A DNA stretch of 64,000 nt from Octopus sinensis (GCF_006345805.1 NC_043006.1:74338001-74402000), one strand, 5' to 3'. Positions 1 through 11,635 are shown, counted from the stretch's first letter. Numbers and translations: made by a program. The notes: generated by a model not told the origin, from the letters alone.

Positions 1-814
1 CCAATAGAGAAAGAGTCGGTTTCTAACCAAAATCCGAGGCTCCACCATTGGAATTTCAACATCAACAACAGTGTATGTATGTATGTATGTATGTATGCAT
101 GTATGTATGTATGCATGTATGTATGTATGTATGTATGTATGTATGTATGTATGTATATATGCAGATTTGTATTGCTTTATGTATGTATTCTCATCCATAT
201 AGTTGCATATCTAAAACATGCTCATATATATTTGAATGATAAACTTCTGGAAAGTTTTACAGATTTTTATAGTTCCAGTGATGGCTTGAATCTGCAGTCT
301 TCGAATCAATTTTCTCCTTTCTGGTTTTGAGAAGCCTAATTTCTCAAGACTGGTATTTAAGCAGTGTGTTACATATCCCAGGCCGATGTATGTGTGCATA
401 CATGCATGTATGTAAGCCTGCATGTATGTACATATACACACACGTGACTATAAGCTCACACACACACTCACACACACACTCACACACACACCCACACAGA
501 CGAAAGAATTTAAGTACAATCCATTTCAGGCGATCAGAGAATGTTTGAGGATATTAGGTCATGTAGCGGTTTCATATCTGTTCCAGCCGTTTCATTGTAT
601 CTCTTGCATCTATGGTCGAGACTCTTAATCTCACACGCCTCATTAATAGGCACCGAAGTGTTATCGGTAATAGAATGGTACTCATTCCTATCTGGAGCAT
701 GGGGCGATATTTATCCTTTTATCTGCAAGAGGTTACGTAATCCGAAACTAACTCGTAATTAATTTTATGAGCACCTATGCTGTGTCGGTTTCAATCATTT
801 ATCCTAGCCTTAAT

Positions 815-1230
815 AATCATCATCATGATCACGAATATGTCATTATCATCATCATCATCATCATCAACCAACACCAACACGTTACCACCACCACTACAAC
901 CACTACCATCACCACCACCAACACCTCCACCACCACAACCAGCACCAGCATGAGCACCATCACCACCACCAGCATCACCGCCGCCACCACCACCACCAAC
1001 ACCGCCGCCGCCGCTACCACCGCCATCATCAACATCAACATCGTTATCATCGTTGTCGTCGTCTTCAGTATCATAATCATCATCATCATCATCATCGCTA
1101 TCAACAATAAACATTACCTCCTACAATAAGCATCACCACCACCATTGCCACCCCATCATCACCATTACCAGCATCACCGCCTGCAACCTCAGCGTGATCG
1201 CCGTTCAACTATCACGGGCATCGTCATCAT
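815..1230. repeat. Degenerate (CAC)/(ATC) trinucleotide microsatellite
   Basis: Direct inspection. Confidence 0.9.
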
Positions 1231-2224
1231 TATCATCCGAATATACTTTAAACACATGCAAAAACACGTCCTTGGATGCGCTGGTAAACACATACGCATA
1301 CATACACACATCTATTATATAAAATCCGTTCTGTTTGTGTGTGCGTGTGTGTGTGTGTGTGTGTCTTGTAGGATCTTGGGCATCCTCCATCCGATCGAAC
1401 TCAAATTTGATATGTAGATACCAACGGCATCAGGGCGTGTATAAGTCTTGAAAAAAATTACAAAAACCGAGTCCAGATGAGAATGCGACCGATAAAGCCG
1501 TGGGAACGTGCATTTGTACGCGCAAGCACATCAGCTGTTGAGATCGATACTACGCGTACGCGAGAAAAATGCACGTACAGTTTGCGCCAAAAAAGCCGGC
1601 TGGCTTGGAATAATGCCACAAAATGCAGTATATTTAAGAGACCAAAAATGTAAGACGCAAAAGAGATATTTTGTTCACACTTGGCACGAAGGAATGAAAG
1701 ACTATTTGGTTTCTCAAGAATTTTTATTTTTGCCTTAACTTCGTTTAACAAAACCAAAAATTTTATTGAAATAAAGGCATGCTTAATTATTTTTTAATGA
1801 AAAGTTTTGGGAAAATTTGGTTTAAATGTTTGACAACTCAGCACCGTCCATTGGACGCGGGAGGGGCGTTTTGCCCGTATATATGTTAGAGCTACATATG
1901 ACTGAAAATATTCTTGTGCTTTCGAAATAATATAATCTGACCTGTTTTTGCTTTTACGAGGCACATATTTAAATAGCTTCATCTATTGGTACACCATATG
2001 GGAAGTTCTCTCTAATCTTGTTTAATGAGATTTATTTATTTATTTATTTATTTTTTTATTTATTTATGCGCCCTTTTCAAGCCGAGCCAGTTTCCCGGTT
2101 TCTATGGCGCATATGTTCCTCCCCAGCTGGACCTCCACGTTTAATGAAATATCTACACTTTATCTTTTCCATAGCAGATTTTGTTTTTTTTACAGTGTTA
2201 GTTTTGCTGGTCGAGCATCTGATA

Positions 2225-2486
2225 CAATAATCCTTCGGCATATCGAATTTCACACATCGCAGTTCACCTATCGCGATTCACCTATCGCTGTTCGCCTATC
2301 GTGGTTTATTATTTAAGGTTAACTCGATTCCTCTGTGGTGTTGCTTTCCATTTATAATGCAATAAATATATACAAATTATGAAACTAATAAAACATATAT
2401 ACAATACACTAGTGTTTCTACTTCGCGGATTTTCACCTATCCGGGTTTTTCGGAAAGTAACAATCGCGATAGTCGAGGGATTACTG
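2225..2486. mobile_element. pogo/Tigger-like MITE
   Basis: Termini CAATAATCCTTCG...CGAGGGATTACTG, TA on the left flank; homologous to 28899-29724. Confidence 0.65.
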
Positions 2487-2745
2487 AATTGAGGTTTCTC
2501 CTTTAACTTACGAATAAGGACTGCTTACTACCCATGGGAAAATGTTCACAAGCCGTTGTGCCATGCATGCAAAAATAACAATCCATAATGCATCCGAAGT
2601 TTTCTTACAGCGTTTCTTGACCATTGCAAGGCAGCAAGTAACTTGCTTAAGAGTATATGGCAACCGCCCTTACTCAGAGCTGTTTCAGAATGAAAGCTCA
2701 CATCTACTATAAGGAAATATGCACCCACCCTTATTATTATTATTA

Positions 2746-2822
<77 letters not shown>

Positions 2823-2823
2823 A

Positions 2824-2971
2824 TTCAGATCACTGCCTGGAATCGAACTCGGAATCATGGGGTTAGTAGTCCGCGCTCTTAAGCACTACGCCCACGGGCA
2901 TCTGGCGTTGTCGTTAAAAGCGCGATCTATTAACCCCAAGATTCTGAGTTTGATTCCAGGCAGTGACCTGA
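2824..2971. mobile_element. Head-to-head pair of tRNA-derived (Pol III) heads
   Basis: Minus head 2824-2892 (A-box-like GGCGTAGTG, B box GAGTTCGATTCC) runs directly into (AAT)n; homologous plus head at 2896-2971. Confidence 0.75.
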
Positions 2972-3466
2972 GTCTTGGTATAAAAGATGACCTACAGCAA
3001 ATATTCTGCTCAATACCAAAGATTTGCTTGTCAGTTGTTTGACCTTAATCAGTTGAGCAAGACCCTTAGTGGCTGACGATATGTGCATCTCTGATAAACG
3101 AGGAAAAGTAGTGGGGGATCATCATAGCCATGTCTTGAGAGAGATTCTTTGGGATTTGAATAATTCACTTCTGGAAACTTGGGTGTTTTGTTCAACATCC
3201 TTAAACAACCCTTATTCAGGGACCTTTTGAACGGGATGAGTTACTCAACCAGAAGAAAATTCTAACTGGGCCCCACCTGCAAGTTCATGTGCTGTTTATT
3301 TTTATATGAGATCACCATGTCGCAGACATATGGTTGTGATACATGTGCCTAGTGTACCCTTATCAGACGGGTAGTCATGATGGGTATACGGGGCTTCGTA
3401 TATTTTACCCCAGTGTCACTCTGATGGCATGCACTGCTCTCTCACTCAATAATAATAATAATAGTA

Positions 3467-3495
<29 letters not shown>
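2972..3495 (+). mobile_element. (AAT)n-tailed, (AAT)n-targeting retroposon, 5'-truncated
   Basis: Homologous to 9273-9688 and 27713-28157; ends ...CTCTCTCACTC-(AAT)n. Confidence 0.8.
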
Positions 3496-3497
<2 letters not shown>

Positions 3498-3635
3498 GAT
3501 TACCATGTCGCGCACATATGGTTGTGATGCATGTGCCTGGTGTACCCTTATCAGACGGGTAGTCATGATGGGTATATTGGGCTTCGTATATTTTACCCCA
3601 GTGTCACTTTGATGGCATGCACTGCTCTCTCACTC

Positions 3636-3669
<34 letters not shown>

Positions 3670-3680
3670 TAATAATAATA
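3498..3680 (+). mobile_element. Second short 3' fragment of the same retroposon, in the (AAT)n tail of the first
   Basis: Repeats about 3313-3447 and carries its own (AAT)n tail. Confidence 0.8.
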
Positions 3681-3798
3681 ATAATAATAATAGTGATAAT
3701 GATGATGATGATGATGATGATAATAATGATGATGATGATGATAACAACAACATCGAAAAATACCTTAGGAATGCGAACCCAGGTTCGAAATTTCCCCA

Positions 3799-3845
3799 AG
3801 ACACCTGATGAACGCTGGAGGGTATACCAGCCGAAAAGTTGTGTT
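3799..3845 (+). ncRNA. Minimal type I hammerhead ribozyme (PLE type), probably mutated copy
   Basis: GACAC-CTGATGA-A-C-GCTGG-agggtata-CCAGC-C-GAAA-AG-TT-GTGTT. Stem I GACAC/GTGTT, stem II GCTGG/CCAGC; C3813 and A3837 break pairs expected in an active copy (GAAACGTT). Confidence 0.7.
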
Positions 3846-4071
3846 AAAAACAAACAGGATGATACAAAATTCCGTCAATTGTAAATAATATAATGTACGT
3901 AATTCCTCATCTCTTAAATATAGAACTACAACAGAAATATAGAAACGAGGTGAACCTAGAAATATAATTGTGTCAAATGAGAAAAAAATGCTTCAACAAA
4001 CAAATATGCACAAATAACGTAGTTTGCTATCTATCCCAGTGCTGTATATAAATAAACTCATAATTACAAAG

Positions 4072-4120
<49 letters not shown>

Positions 4121-4267
4121 AAATAAATATAAGAGAGTGGTCACTATATGGCTCACTCTAGCACCAGTTAATCCAAAAGGTTTCAACCACAAAGATACAT
4201 GTTTCCCATGAAAGTCAGTACGATTGTTAGCTCACACGGACAGGGCAAATAAAAATAACAAAAATAC

Positions 4268-4360
4268 AGATTATTTTGGGACAATTGTTTCGCTATTAAT
4301 GAATTAAATGTAATTTTACTTACAAAAAACCCACTTGTAGCTCGTCAGCCAAAACTATCT
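4268..4360 (-). ncRNA. Type I hammerhead ribozyme, copy 1 of the 529-bp unit
   Basis: Minus strand: AGATAGTTTTGG-CTGACGA-GCTA-(42 nt)-TAGC-GAAA-CAATTG-TC-CCAAAATAATCT. Complete CUGANGA/GAAA/UH core, 12-bp stem I (one G.U, one mismatch), 4-bp stem II, palindromic stem III, GUC cleavage triplet (C17 = 4280). Confidence 0.9.
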
Positions 4361-4796
4361 GGATGAATCCACTCAATCACACGCCAGATTTTACCATAAC
4401 GATAAATACGCGTGTGGTTCAATTGATTACATCCGACGTTATAATTCAAATGCCCCATAACAGCGCGCCAAACTTTCACGGAAAACAATACTGCATTAAG
4501 AAATAAATGCAGCATAATTATAATTAATTAATAAGGGTGAGAGAATTAGATACTAATTTAATAGTATATCTATTCAACACCAAGTGGCCTAGTCCTCCGA
4601 GAAACCTGGATTATTATAATATTTTATAATATATTATAATATTTTTACAAAATAATATAAGAGAGTGGTCACTATATGGCTCACTCTAGCACCAGTTAAT
4701 CCAAAAGGTTTCAACCACAAAGATACATGTTTCCCATGAAAGTCAGTACGATTGTTAGCTCACACGGACAGGGCAAATAAAAAATAACAAAAATAC

Positions 4797-4890
4797 AGAT
4801 TATTTTGGGACAATTGTTTCGCTATTAATGAATTAAATGTAATTTTACTTACAAAAAAATCCACTTGCAGCTCGTCAGCCAAAACTATCT
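4797..4890 (-). ncRNA. Type I hammerhead ribozyme, copy 2 of the 529-bp unit
   Basis: Same fold, 529 bp from copy 1 (C17 = 4809). Stem II 5' strand is GCTG, so pairing with TAGC is kept by a G.U wobble. Confidence 0.9.
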
Positions 4891-5430
4891 GGATGAAATC
4901 CACTCAATCACACGCCAGATTTTACCATAACGATAAATACGCGTGTGGTTCAATTGATTACATCCGACGTTATAATTCAAATGCCCCAACTAACTGTATT
5001 TTTGTTATTTTTTATTTGCCCTGTCCGTGTGAGCTAACAATCGTACTGACTTTCATGGGAAACATGTATCTTTGTGGTTGAAACCTTTTGGATTAACTGG
5101 TGCTAGAGTGAGCCATATAGTGACCACTCTCTTATATTTATTTTGTAAAAATATTATAATATATTATAAAATATTATAATAATCCAGGTTTCTCGGAGCA
5201 CTAGGCACTTGGTGTTGAATAGATATACTATTAAATTAGTATCTAATTCTCTCACCTTATTAATTAATTATAATTATGCTGCATTTATTTCTTAATGCAG
5301 TATTTGTTTTCCGTGAAAGTTTGGCGCGCTTAGTTGGGGCATTTGAATTATAACGTCGGATAATCAATTGAACCACACGCGTATTTATCGTTATGGTAAA
5401 ATCTGGCGTGTGATTGAGTGGATTTCATCC

Positions 5431-5523
5431 AGATAGTTTGGCTGACGAGCTACAAGTGGATTTTTTTGTAAGTAAAATTACATTTAATTCATTAATAGCG
5501 AAACAATTGTCCCAAAATAATCT
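5431..5523 (+). ncRNA. Type I hammerhead ribozyme, copy 3 (inverted array)
   Basis: CTGACGA 5442-5448, GCTA/TAGC, GAAA 5500-5503, CAATTG-TC (C17 = 5511), CCAAAATAATCT. One T is missing in the stem I 5' strand (possible homopolymer error). Confidence 0.88.
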
Positions 5524-6721
5524 GTATTTTTGTTATTTTTTATTTGCCCTGTCCGTGTGAGCTAACAATCGTACTGACTTTCATGGGAAACATGTATCTT
5601 GTGGTTGTGAAACCTTTTGGATTAACTGGTGCTAGAGTGAGCCATATAGTGACCACTCTCTTATATTTATTTTGTAAAAATATTATAATATATTATAAAA
5701 TATTATAATAATCCAGGTTTCTCGGGGCACTAGGCCACTTGGTGTTGAATAGATATACTATTAAATTAGTATCTAATTCTCTCACCCTTATTAATTAATT
5801 ATATATATATATATATATTCTGATTGTGGATTACGGAAATGCAACAACTAGTGTTTATTTATTCATAGACAAGAAATTGAGTGGGTGAGAGAAAAAGAAA
5901 GAGAAAGCGAGGACAGAGGAAAGAGAGAGGAGAGAGAGAGAGAGAGAGAGAGAGGCAGACTGACAGATAGACAGACAGAGCGGCGAATACAAATACGTGT
6001 ACAGAAATACAATCAACGCGAATACACACGAGAGTCTTTTCTTTGCGTTTGCATGTTCGCGATGAAGAGAGACAGAGCCGGAAACAAAGAAAAAGAAAGA
6101 CAGACAAACAGAGAGAGAGAGAGAGAGTGGGAGATAGAGAGACAGAGACACGCACACATAGAAAGACAGGAGGGAGGGAGGGAGAGAGAGAGAGAGAAAG
6201 CGTGGGAGAGAAAGAGAAAGAAACAGACAGAGATTCAGATCGACAAAGACTGACACACTGGCGGGCAGGGAGTCAGACAGAAAGACAGAATACGTTTTAG
6301 TCGTTTCATTATTTCATCTCGTACTGAAGAGCATCGCGTTGCGCAGAAATACACACAAGGACTTTATTGAATGAAGTGTTATTTGATCATTGCCAGCTAA
6401 CACTGTTATTACTGGTCGTGTGATGGTGGTGAGGATATTGGTGGTGGTGGTGGCCGTTCGGCTGCAGTTGTTGGAGGTGATGGCGTTAGTCGAATGAGAG
6501 AAATTGCGAAGCATTGGATCTTAATGCCTTTCGGTATATATACAGTGCTTTCGTCACGAAAGTTCAAAACCACTGCGGGGCATCAAAACTGCATTTTATT
6601 GCTCTGGGGGTTAGAGTTATCGTTGTGGTTACTAACTATCTGCAGGTCGTCGTTACTAATCGAAGCAACCTGAGATCAAAATGCGTTTCAGTTATAGACA
6701 AGTATTCATATCTCTGTTACT

Positions 6722-6972
6722 CATTTACTTGTTTCAGTCATTTGACTGTGGCCATGCTGGAGCACCGCCTTTAGTCGAGCAAATCGACACCCCAGGACTT
6801 ATTCTTTGTAAGCCTAGTACTTAATCTATCGGTCTCTTTTGCCGAACCGCAAAGTTACGGGGATATAAACACACCAAAATCGGTTGTCAAGCAATGTTGG
6901 GCGGACAAGCACAGACACAAAAACATACACACACACACACACGCGCACATATATATATCTATATATATATAC

Positions 6973-7003
<31 letters not shown>

Positions 7004-7196
7004 CATATATACGACAGGCTTCTTTCGGCTTATGTCTACCAAATCAACTCACATGGCTTCTTTCAGCTTATGTCTACCAAATCAACTCACGAGACTATAG
7101 TAGAAGACACTTGCCCAAGATGGAACACAGTGGGACTGAACCCGGAACCATGTGGTTGGTAAGCAAGCTACTTACCACACAGCCACTCCTACGCCT
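6722..7196 (-). mobile_element. tRNA-derived SINE family A
   Basis: tRNA-like head, GGGCAAGTGTCTTCTACTATAG core, internal (CA)/(TA) tract, TGACTGAAACAAGTAAA tail; short internal duplication at about 7018-7090. Confidence 0.85.
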
Positions 7197-7508
7197 ATTA
7201 AAATCCGTTTCATTTTGAGATATAGAAATATATTTTATGGTTTATCATTGTCTACATTTTGAATCATTTACGTATACTTCAGGACACCAAAGCCTTTTAA
7301 ATGCTTAGGGCCACTTCGGGCCTTAATCCTGCCCTGCCGCTCACCAACACACGATAACCTCAATCCTACAGAAGAGCTAACTTCTAATTTCTCGTCATCC
7401 ACAACTACTGCTTCAACGGTCATTTCTCCTTGGTGTTCGATTACAGCATACAACCCTGATCGAAACACACCTGTCATACCTGGCTCTCATTCTCATCTTC
7501 TGACTCAC

Positions 7509-7660
7509 TGCGCGTTTTCTCTCTCAGTTCTTCCACGTCCGCTACGTCGAACCTTTGGAATTTCTTTATTGTCCAAGCTTTTGGCCGCCATTATCTGATC
7601 GCCATGACAACCATTCAACACAAAGACATCGTTTTGTCGCCATTGTTGCGTCCGGTCCGA
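7509..7660 (-). promoter_or_regulatory. Candidate promoter/first exon
   Basis: CpG-richer unique sequence with three ATGGCG (YY1-like) motifs at 7591, 7605 and 7643, and a GCA|GTGAGT donor at 7509/7508. Confidence 0.2.
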
Positions 7661-7749
7661 ACGTGATTTCTCAGTAACTTTGAGAGACATAAACTGTGTG
7701 AATGACCCACGTGTGTGCGTGTGTGTTTATGCGTGTGTTTGTGTGTATT

Positions 7750-7819
<70 letters not shown>

Positions 7820-8605
7820 AGTGTGCAGTTGCGGCTTTGCGTTTACACAGCGTTGAATTCTCTTGGTTCGTTTGCAGTTCGCTAGAAGAGCGTGATAGAA
7901 TATACACTAAAAATAAATACTGCGATCGATTTCATAAACCAAACACTTCCAATTGGTAACACAATATGGCCGCTCTACGATATATATATATATATATATA
8001 AGCGGACTCTTATTTTCCACGGTTGTCGTCTTGAACATACTGGCTCGGTGTGTAAACACTTCCAAATCTTGGAAATAGGGGGTTTTTTCAAGACGATTTT
8101 ACAGACGTATACCTAATGTTTAGGAAGTAGAAATAAACAAATATCAACATCATTAAACAAGCACACAGAGACATCTATTCACTAGAACAACAAGCGTATG
8201 GATGCGTATATGTGCGTATGTTTGTGTTTGCGTGCGTGAGTGTGTGTGTGTGAGACACTAAGTTTGTATGTGTGTGAGTGGCGATACGAACAGGATAAAT
8301 AGAAGTTAATAAATAAGTATGAATATATACATTTTGTTATATTTAATCGGCATAAAAATGTATTGTCAGCCTTAGACTCGTAGAACAAGAACAGCATAAA
8401 GCAAGAATTGCATAGGAGAAGATATAGCTAGTGGTCATGAAGATCGCTTTGAAATTCCGTGATTGAATAAAACCTTGGGCAAGCCTCTAATACGTCGACG
8501 CGAGGCTGTTGCCTCGCATCGACGAACGCTTTTGGAAGGAATTCAGTTTTACGGAAAATGTATGGAAATACATCGTATATATGCAGGAGTGTGAATGTAT
8601 GCCTG

Positions 8606-8663
<58 letters not shown>

Positions 8664-8705
8664 ATATAATATATATATATATATATATCAATATATATAT
8701 AATAT

Positions 8706-8776
<71 letters not shown>

Positions 8777-8807
8777 ATATATGTGTGTGTGTGTTGTGTG
8801 TGGTCAA

Positions 8808-9081
8808 GGCGCATGGCTCAGTGGTTAGACCATCGCGCTTACGATCATGAGGTTGACAGTTCGAATCCCGGACCGGACTGCGTGTTGTGTTCTTGAGCAA
8901 GACCCTTTATTTCACGTTGCTCCAGTTCGTTAGGCTTTAGAAATGAGTTGCAACGTCACAGGTGCCAAGCTGCATCGGCCTTTGCCTTTTCCTTGGATAA
9001 CACTGGTGGCGTGGAGAGGGGAGGCCGGTATGCATGGGCGACTGCTGGTCTTCCATAAACAACATTGCCCGGACTTGTGCC
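8808..9081 (+). mobile_element. tRNA-derived SINE family B (variant tail)
   Basis: GGCGCATGGCTCAGTGGTTAG A box, GTTCGAATCC B box, CTTGAGCAAGAC central domain; tail shared with 54022-54222. Confidence 0.8.
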
Positions 9082-9272
9082 TTATTGCCATTAATAGCCG
9101 ACGAGAATGCATCGTATCTCTTCACTTGAGCATTTGAAACTCTGAGTACTATAATAACTTAATGATTGTCTTAAGCTATAAATATAAATAGTACTTTATT
9201 TACCTAATATCGAGGTCTCATTCTGATGTTGTTGCTTTTTATTATTATTATTATATTATTATTATTATTATT

Positions 9273-9688
9273 GAGTGAGAGAGCAGTTCATGCCATCAAA
9301 GTGACACTGGGGTAAAATATACGAAGCCCAATATACCCATCATGACTACCCGTCTGATAAAGGTACACCAGGCACATGCATCACAACCATATGTGCGCGA
9401 CATGGTGATCTCATATCAAGATAAACAGCACATGACCTTGCAGGTGGGGCCCAGTTAGAATTTTCTTCAGGTTGAGTAGCCCATCCCGCTCAAACGGTCC
9501 CTGAATAAGGGTTGTTTAAGGATGTTGAAAGAACCACCCATGTTTCCAGAGGTGAACTATTCAAACCCCAAAGAATCCCTCTCAACACATGGCTATGATG
9601 CTCCCCCACTACTTCTGCTCATGATCAGAGATGCACATATCGTCAGCCACTAAGGGACATGCTCAACTGGTTAAGGTCAAACAACTGA
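9273..9688 (-). mobile_element. (AAT)n-targeting retroposon, 5'-truncated
   Basis: Reverse-complement homolog of 2972-3495 with (ATT)n on both sides. Confidence 0.8.
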
Positions 9689-9719
<31 letters not shown>

Positions 9720-9764
9720 TGTTATTATATGTGTGTGTGTATATATATGTATGTGATGTGTGAA

Positions 9765-10071
9765 GGCACGTGGCTTGGTGTTTAGGGCATTCAGCTCACG
9801 ATTGTAATGTCATGAGTTCAATTTCCGGCGACTCGTTGTGTCCTTGAGCAAGATACTTTATTTCAAGCTGCTCCAGTGCACTCAGCTGTCAAAAGTGAGT
9901 AGTACCTGTATTTCAAATGTCCAACCTTGCCATACCCTGTGTCACATTGAGAACTATGTTAAGGGTACACGTGTCTGTAGAGTGCTCAGCCGCTTGCATG
10001 TTATTTTCTCGAGCAAGCTGTTCCGTTGATCGTATCAGCTTGGACCCACGTCGTCGTAACCGACGGAGTGC
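9765..10071 (+). mobile_element. SINE family B
   Basis: tRNA-like head, CCTTGAGCAAGATAC domain, GTCGTAACCGACGGAGTGC end. Confidence 0.8.
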
Positions 10072-10880
10072 TTTTATGTATGTAATGTGTATGTGTGTGA
10101 CTGTGTGTATGCATATGTATGTAATGAAGTATGTGCGTGTGTCAGTGTATAGACGTATGGATGTGTGATGTGTTTGTATATATATATCTTTGTGTTTGTC
10201 CCCAATCACTAGACAGATGGACTGCTAGAATAAGTACCAGTGATTTAGAAATATACTGAGATTGAATTGTTCTACTAAACTCTGGTAAGTGCTAACCCAG
10301 AGTGCCCGCAGTCCAATGCCTGAGACAAGTGTAAAATATACACAAACACACACACACAAGCAGAAACACACACACATGTCTATATATTATGTGCTATTCT
10401 TTTCCAGCTGAGTTTAGAATACTGAGGCCGTCCTGTATCTCAATTATCCAATTTGCTCAACTTAATATTAATTGCTCTGACCTTTAACTTAATTTCTAAA
10501 TCTCCTACTTCGGAATAGCCTTTACAGCCTGCACTGGTAATTTCTGTCAATCAGGCTCACACTCGAGGATGTATTACACGAATATATAGAGTCAAATCTA
10601 CTTCAGTGAACGAAATCGGATCATGCAAACCGTGCTATCGACCAAGGCTATACAGCCTACATGTCATATACATTTGTATCTCAATCATTTGCGGAGCCAC
10701 GCAGAAATTAAATAAAAAGAGGATATGCGAAAAACATCGAGACGGCAGTATAATTAACAAGTGTTTCTTTAATCTGCTGCATTGAGATTAAAAGAAAAAT
10801 CGCGTTGCGTGTGTATTAATTTCTGAAACTTAGACGCACTTTAGCAGGACAAGATGGGAGGAATTACTTGTCTATGCATC

Positions 10881-11272
10881 TTTTACTTGTTTCAGTCATT
10901 AGACTGCAGCCATGCTGGAGCACCGCTTTAAAGAATTTTTACTCGAATGTATTAACCCCAGTACTTACTTTTCATAATCGTAGTAATTGTTCTATCGGGG
11001 ATCTTTTGCCGAACTAATAGGTTACGGGGACGTAAACACACCAGCACCGGTTGTCAAACGGTGGTGAGGGGACGAACACAGACACAAAGACGCACACATA
11101 CACACACACATATACGATTGACTTGTTTTAGTTACCGTCTACCAAATCCACTCACAAGATTCTGGTCGTACCAAGGCTGTAGTAAAAGAGTCTTGCCCAA
11201 GATGCCCTGTAGTGGAACTGAACCCGAAACCATGTGCTTGGGAAGCAAGCTTCTTACCGCACAGCCGCGCCT
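10881..11272 (-). mobile_element. SINE family A
   Basis: Homologous to 32132-32545. Confidence 0.8.
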
Positions 11273-11293
11273 ATGTATATGTCATGTCTATAT

Positions 11294-11635
11294 AGGTGCA
11301 GGAATACCCGTGTGGTTAAGAAGCTTGCTTTGCAACCACGCGGTTTTGGATTCAGCCCAACAACGCTGCACCTTGGGCAAATGTCTTTTATTATAACTTT
11401 GGAGCGACCAATGCTTTTTTGTGATAGAATTTGGTTAACGGAAACTGTGTGGAAGCCCGCTGCACATGACTGTAATTGTTTGTCCTCACCATTTGGCAAC
11501 CAGTGTTGGTCTGTTTACATACTTAGCCTTTCGGTAAAAGATAGGATATACTCCACACTTAAAATTCAGAACTGGTGTCGATTCCTCCGACTAAAGCCCT
11601 CAATGCAGTGCCACAGCATTGCCTCAGAGAAACGA
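11294..11635 (+). mobile_element. SINE family A-related, diverged
   Basis: GTGTGGTTAAGAAGCTTGC head and CACCTTGGGCAAATGTCTT core. Confidence 0.65.

Larger units (their letters stand above)
4119..5794. repeat. 529-bp HHR satellite/retrozyme-like array in two opposed arms, inserted in (TA)n
   Basis: About 1.6 units forward (4119-4992) and about 1.5 units reversed (4993-5794); near-identical copies; (TA)n on both flanks. Confidence 0.9.

Noticed and set aside
2824-2971. tRNA genes
   Set aside because: A/B boxes are present, but the acceptor stems do not pair and the sequences continue into repeats; these are SINE-type heads, as in families A, B and C.
1427-8100. Possible TIR pair GTCTTGAAAAAA (about 1446) and TTTTTTCAAGAC (about 8083)
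   Set aside because: Only a 12-bp A/T-rich match, with no TSD and no transposase between.
8410-8580. Coding-looking stretch ([27 protein letters not shown])
   Set aside because: An in-frame TGA lies upstream, there is no consistent splice model, and no protein was recognised.
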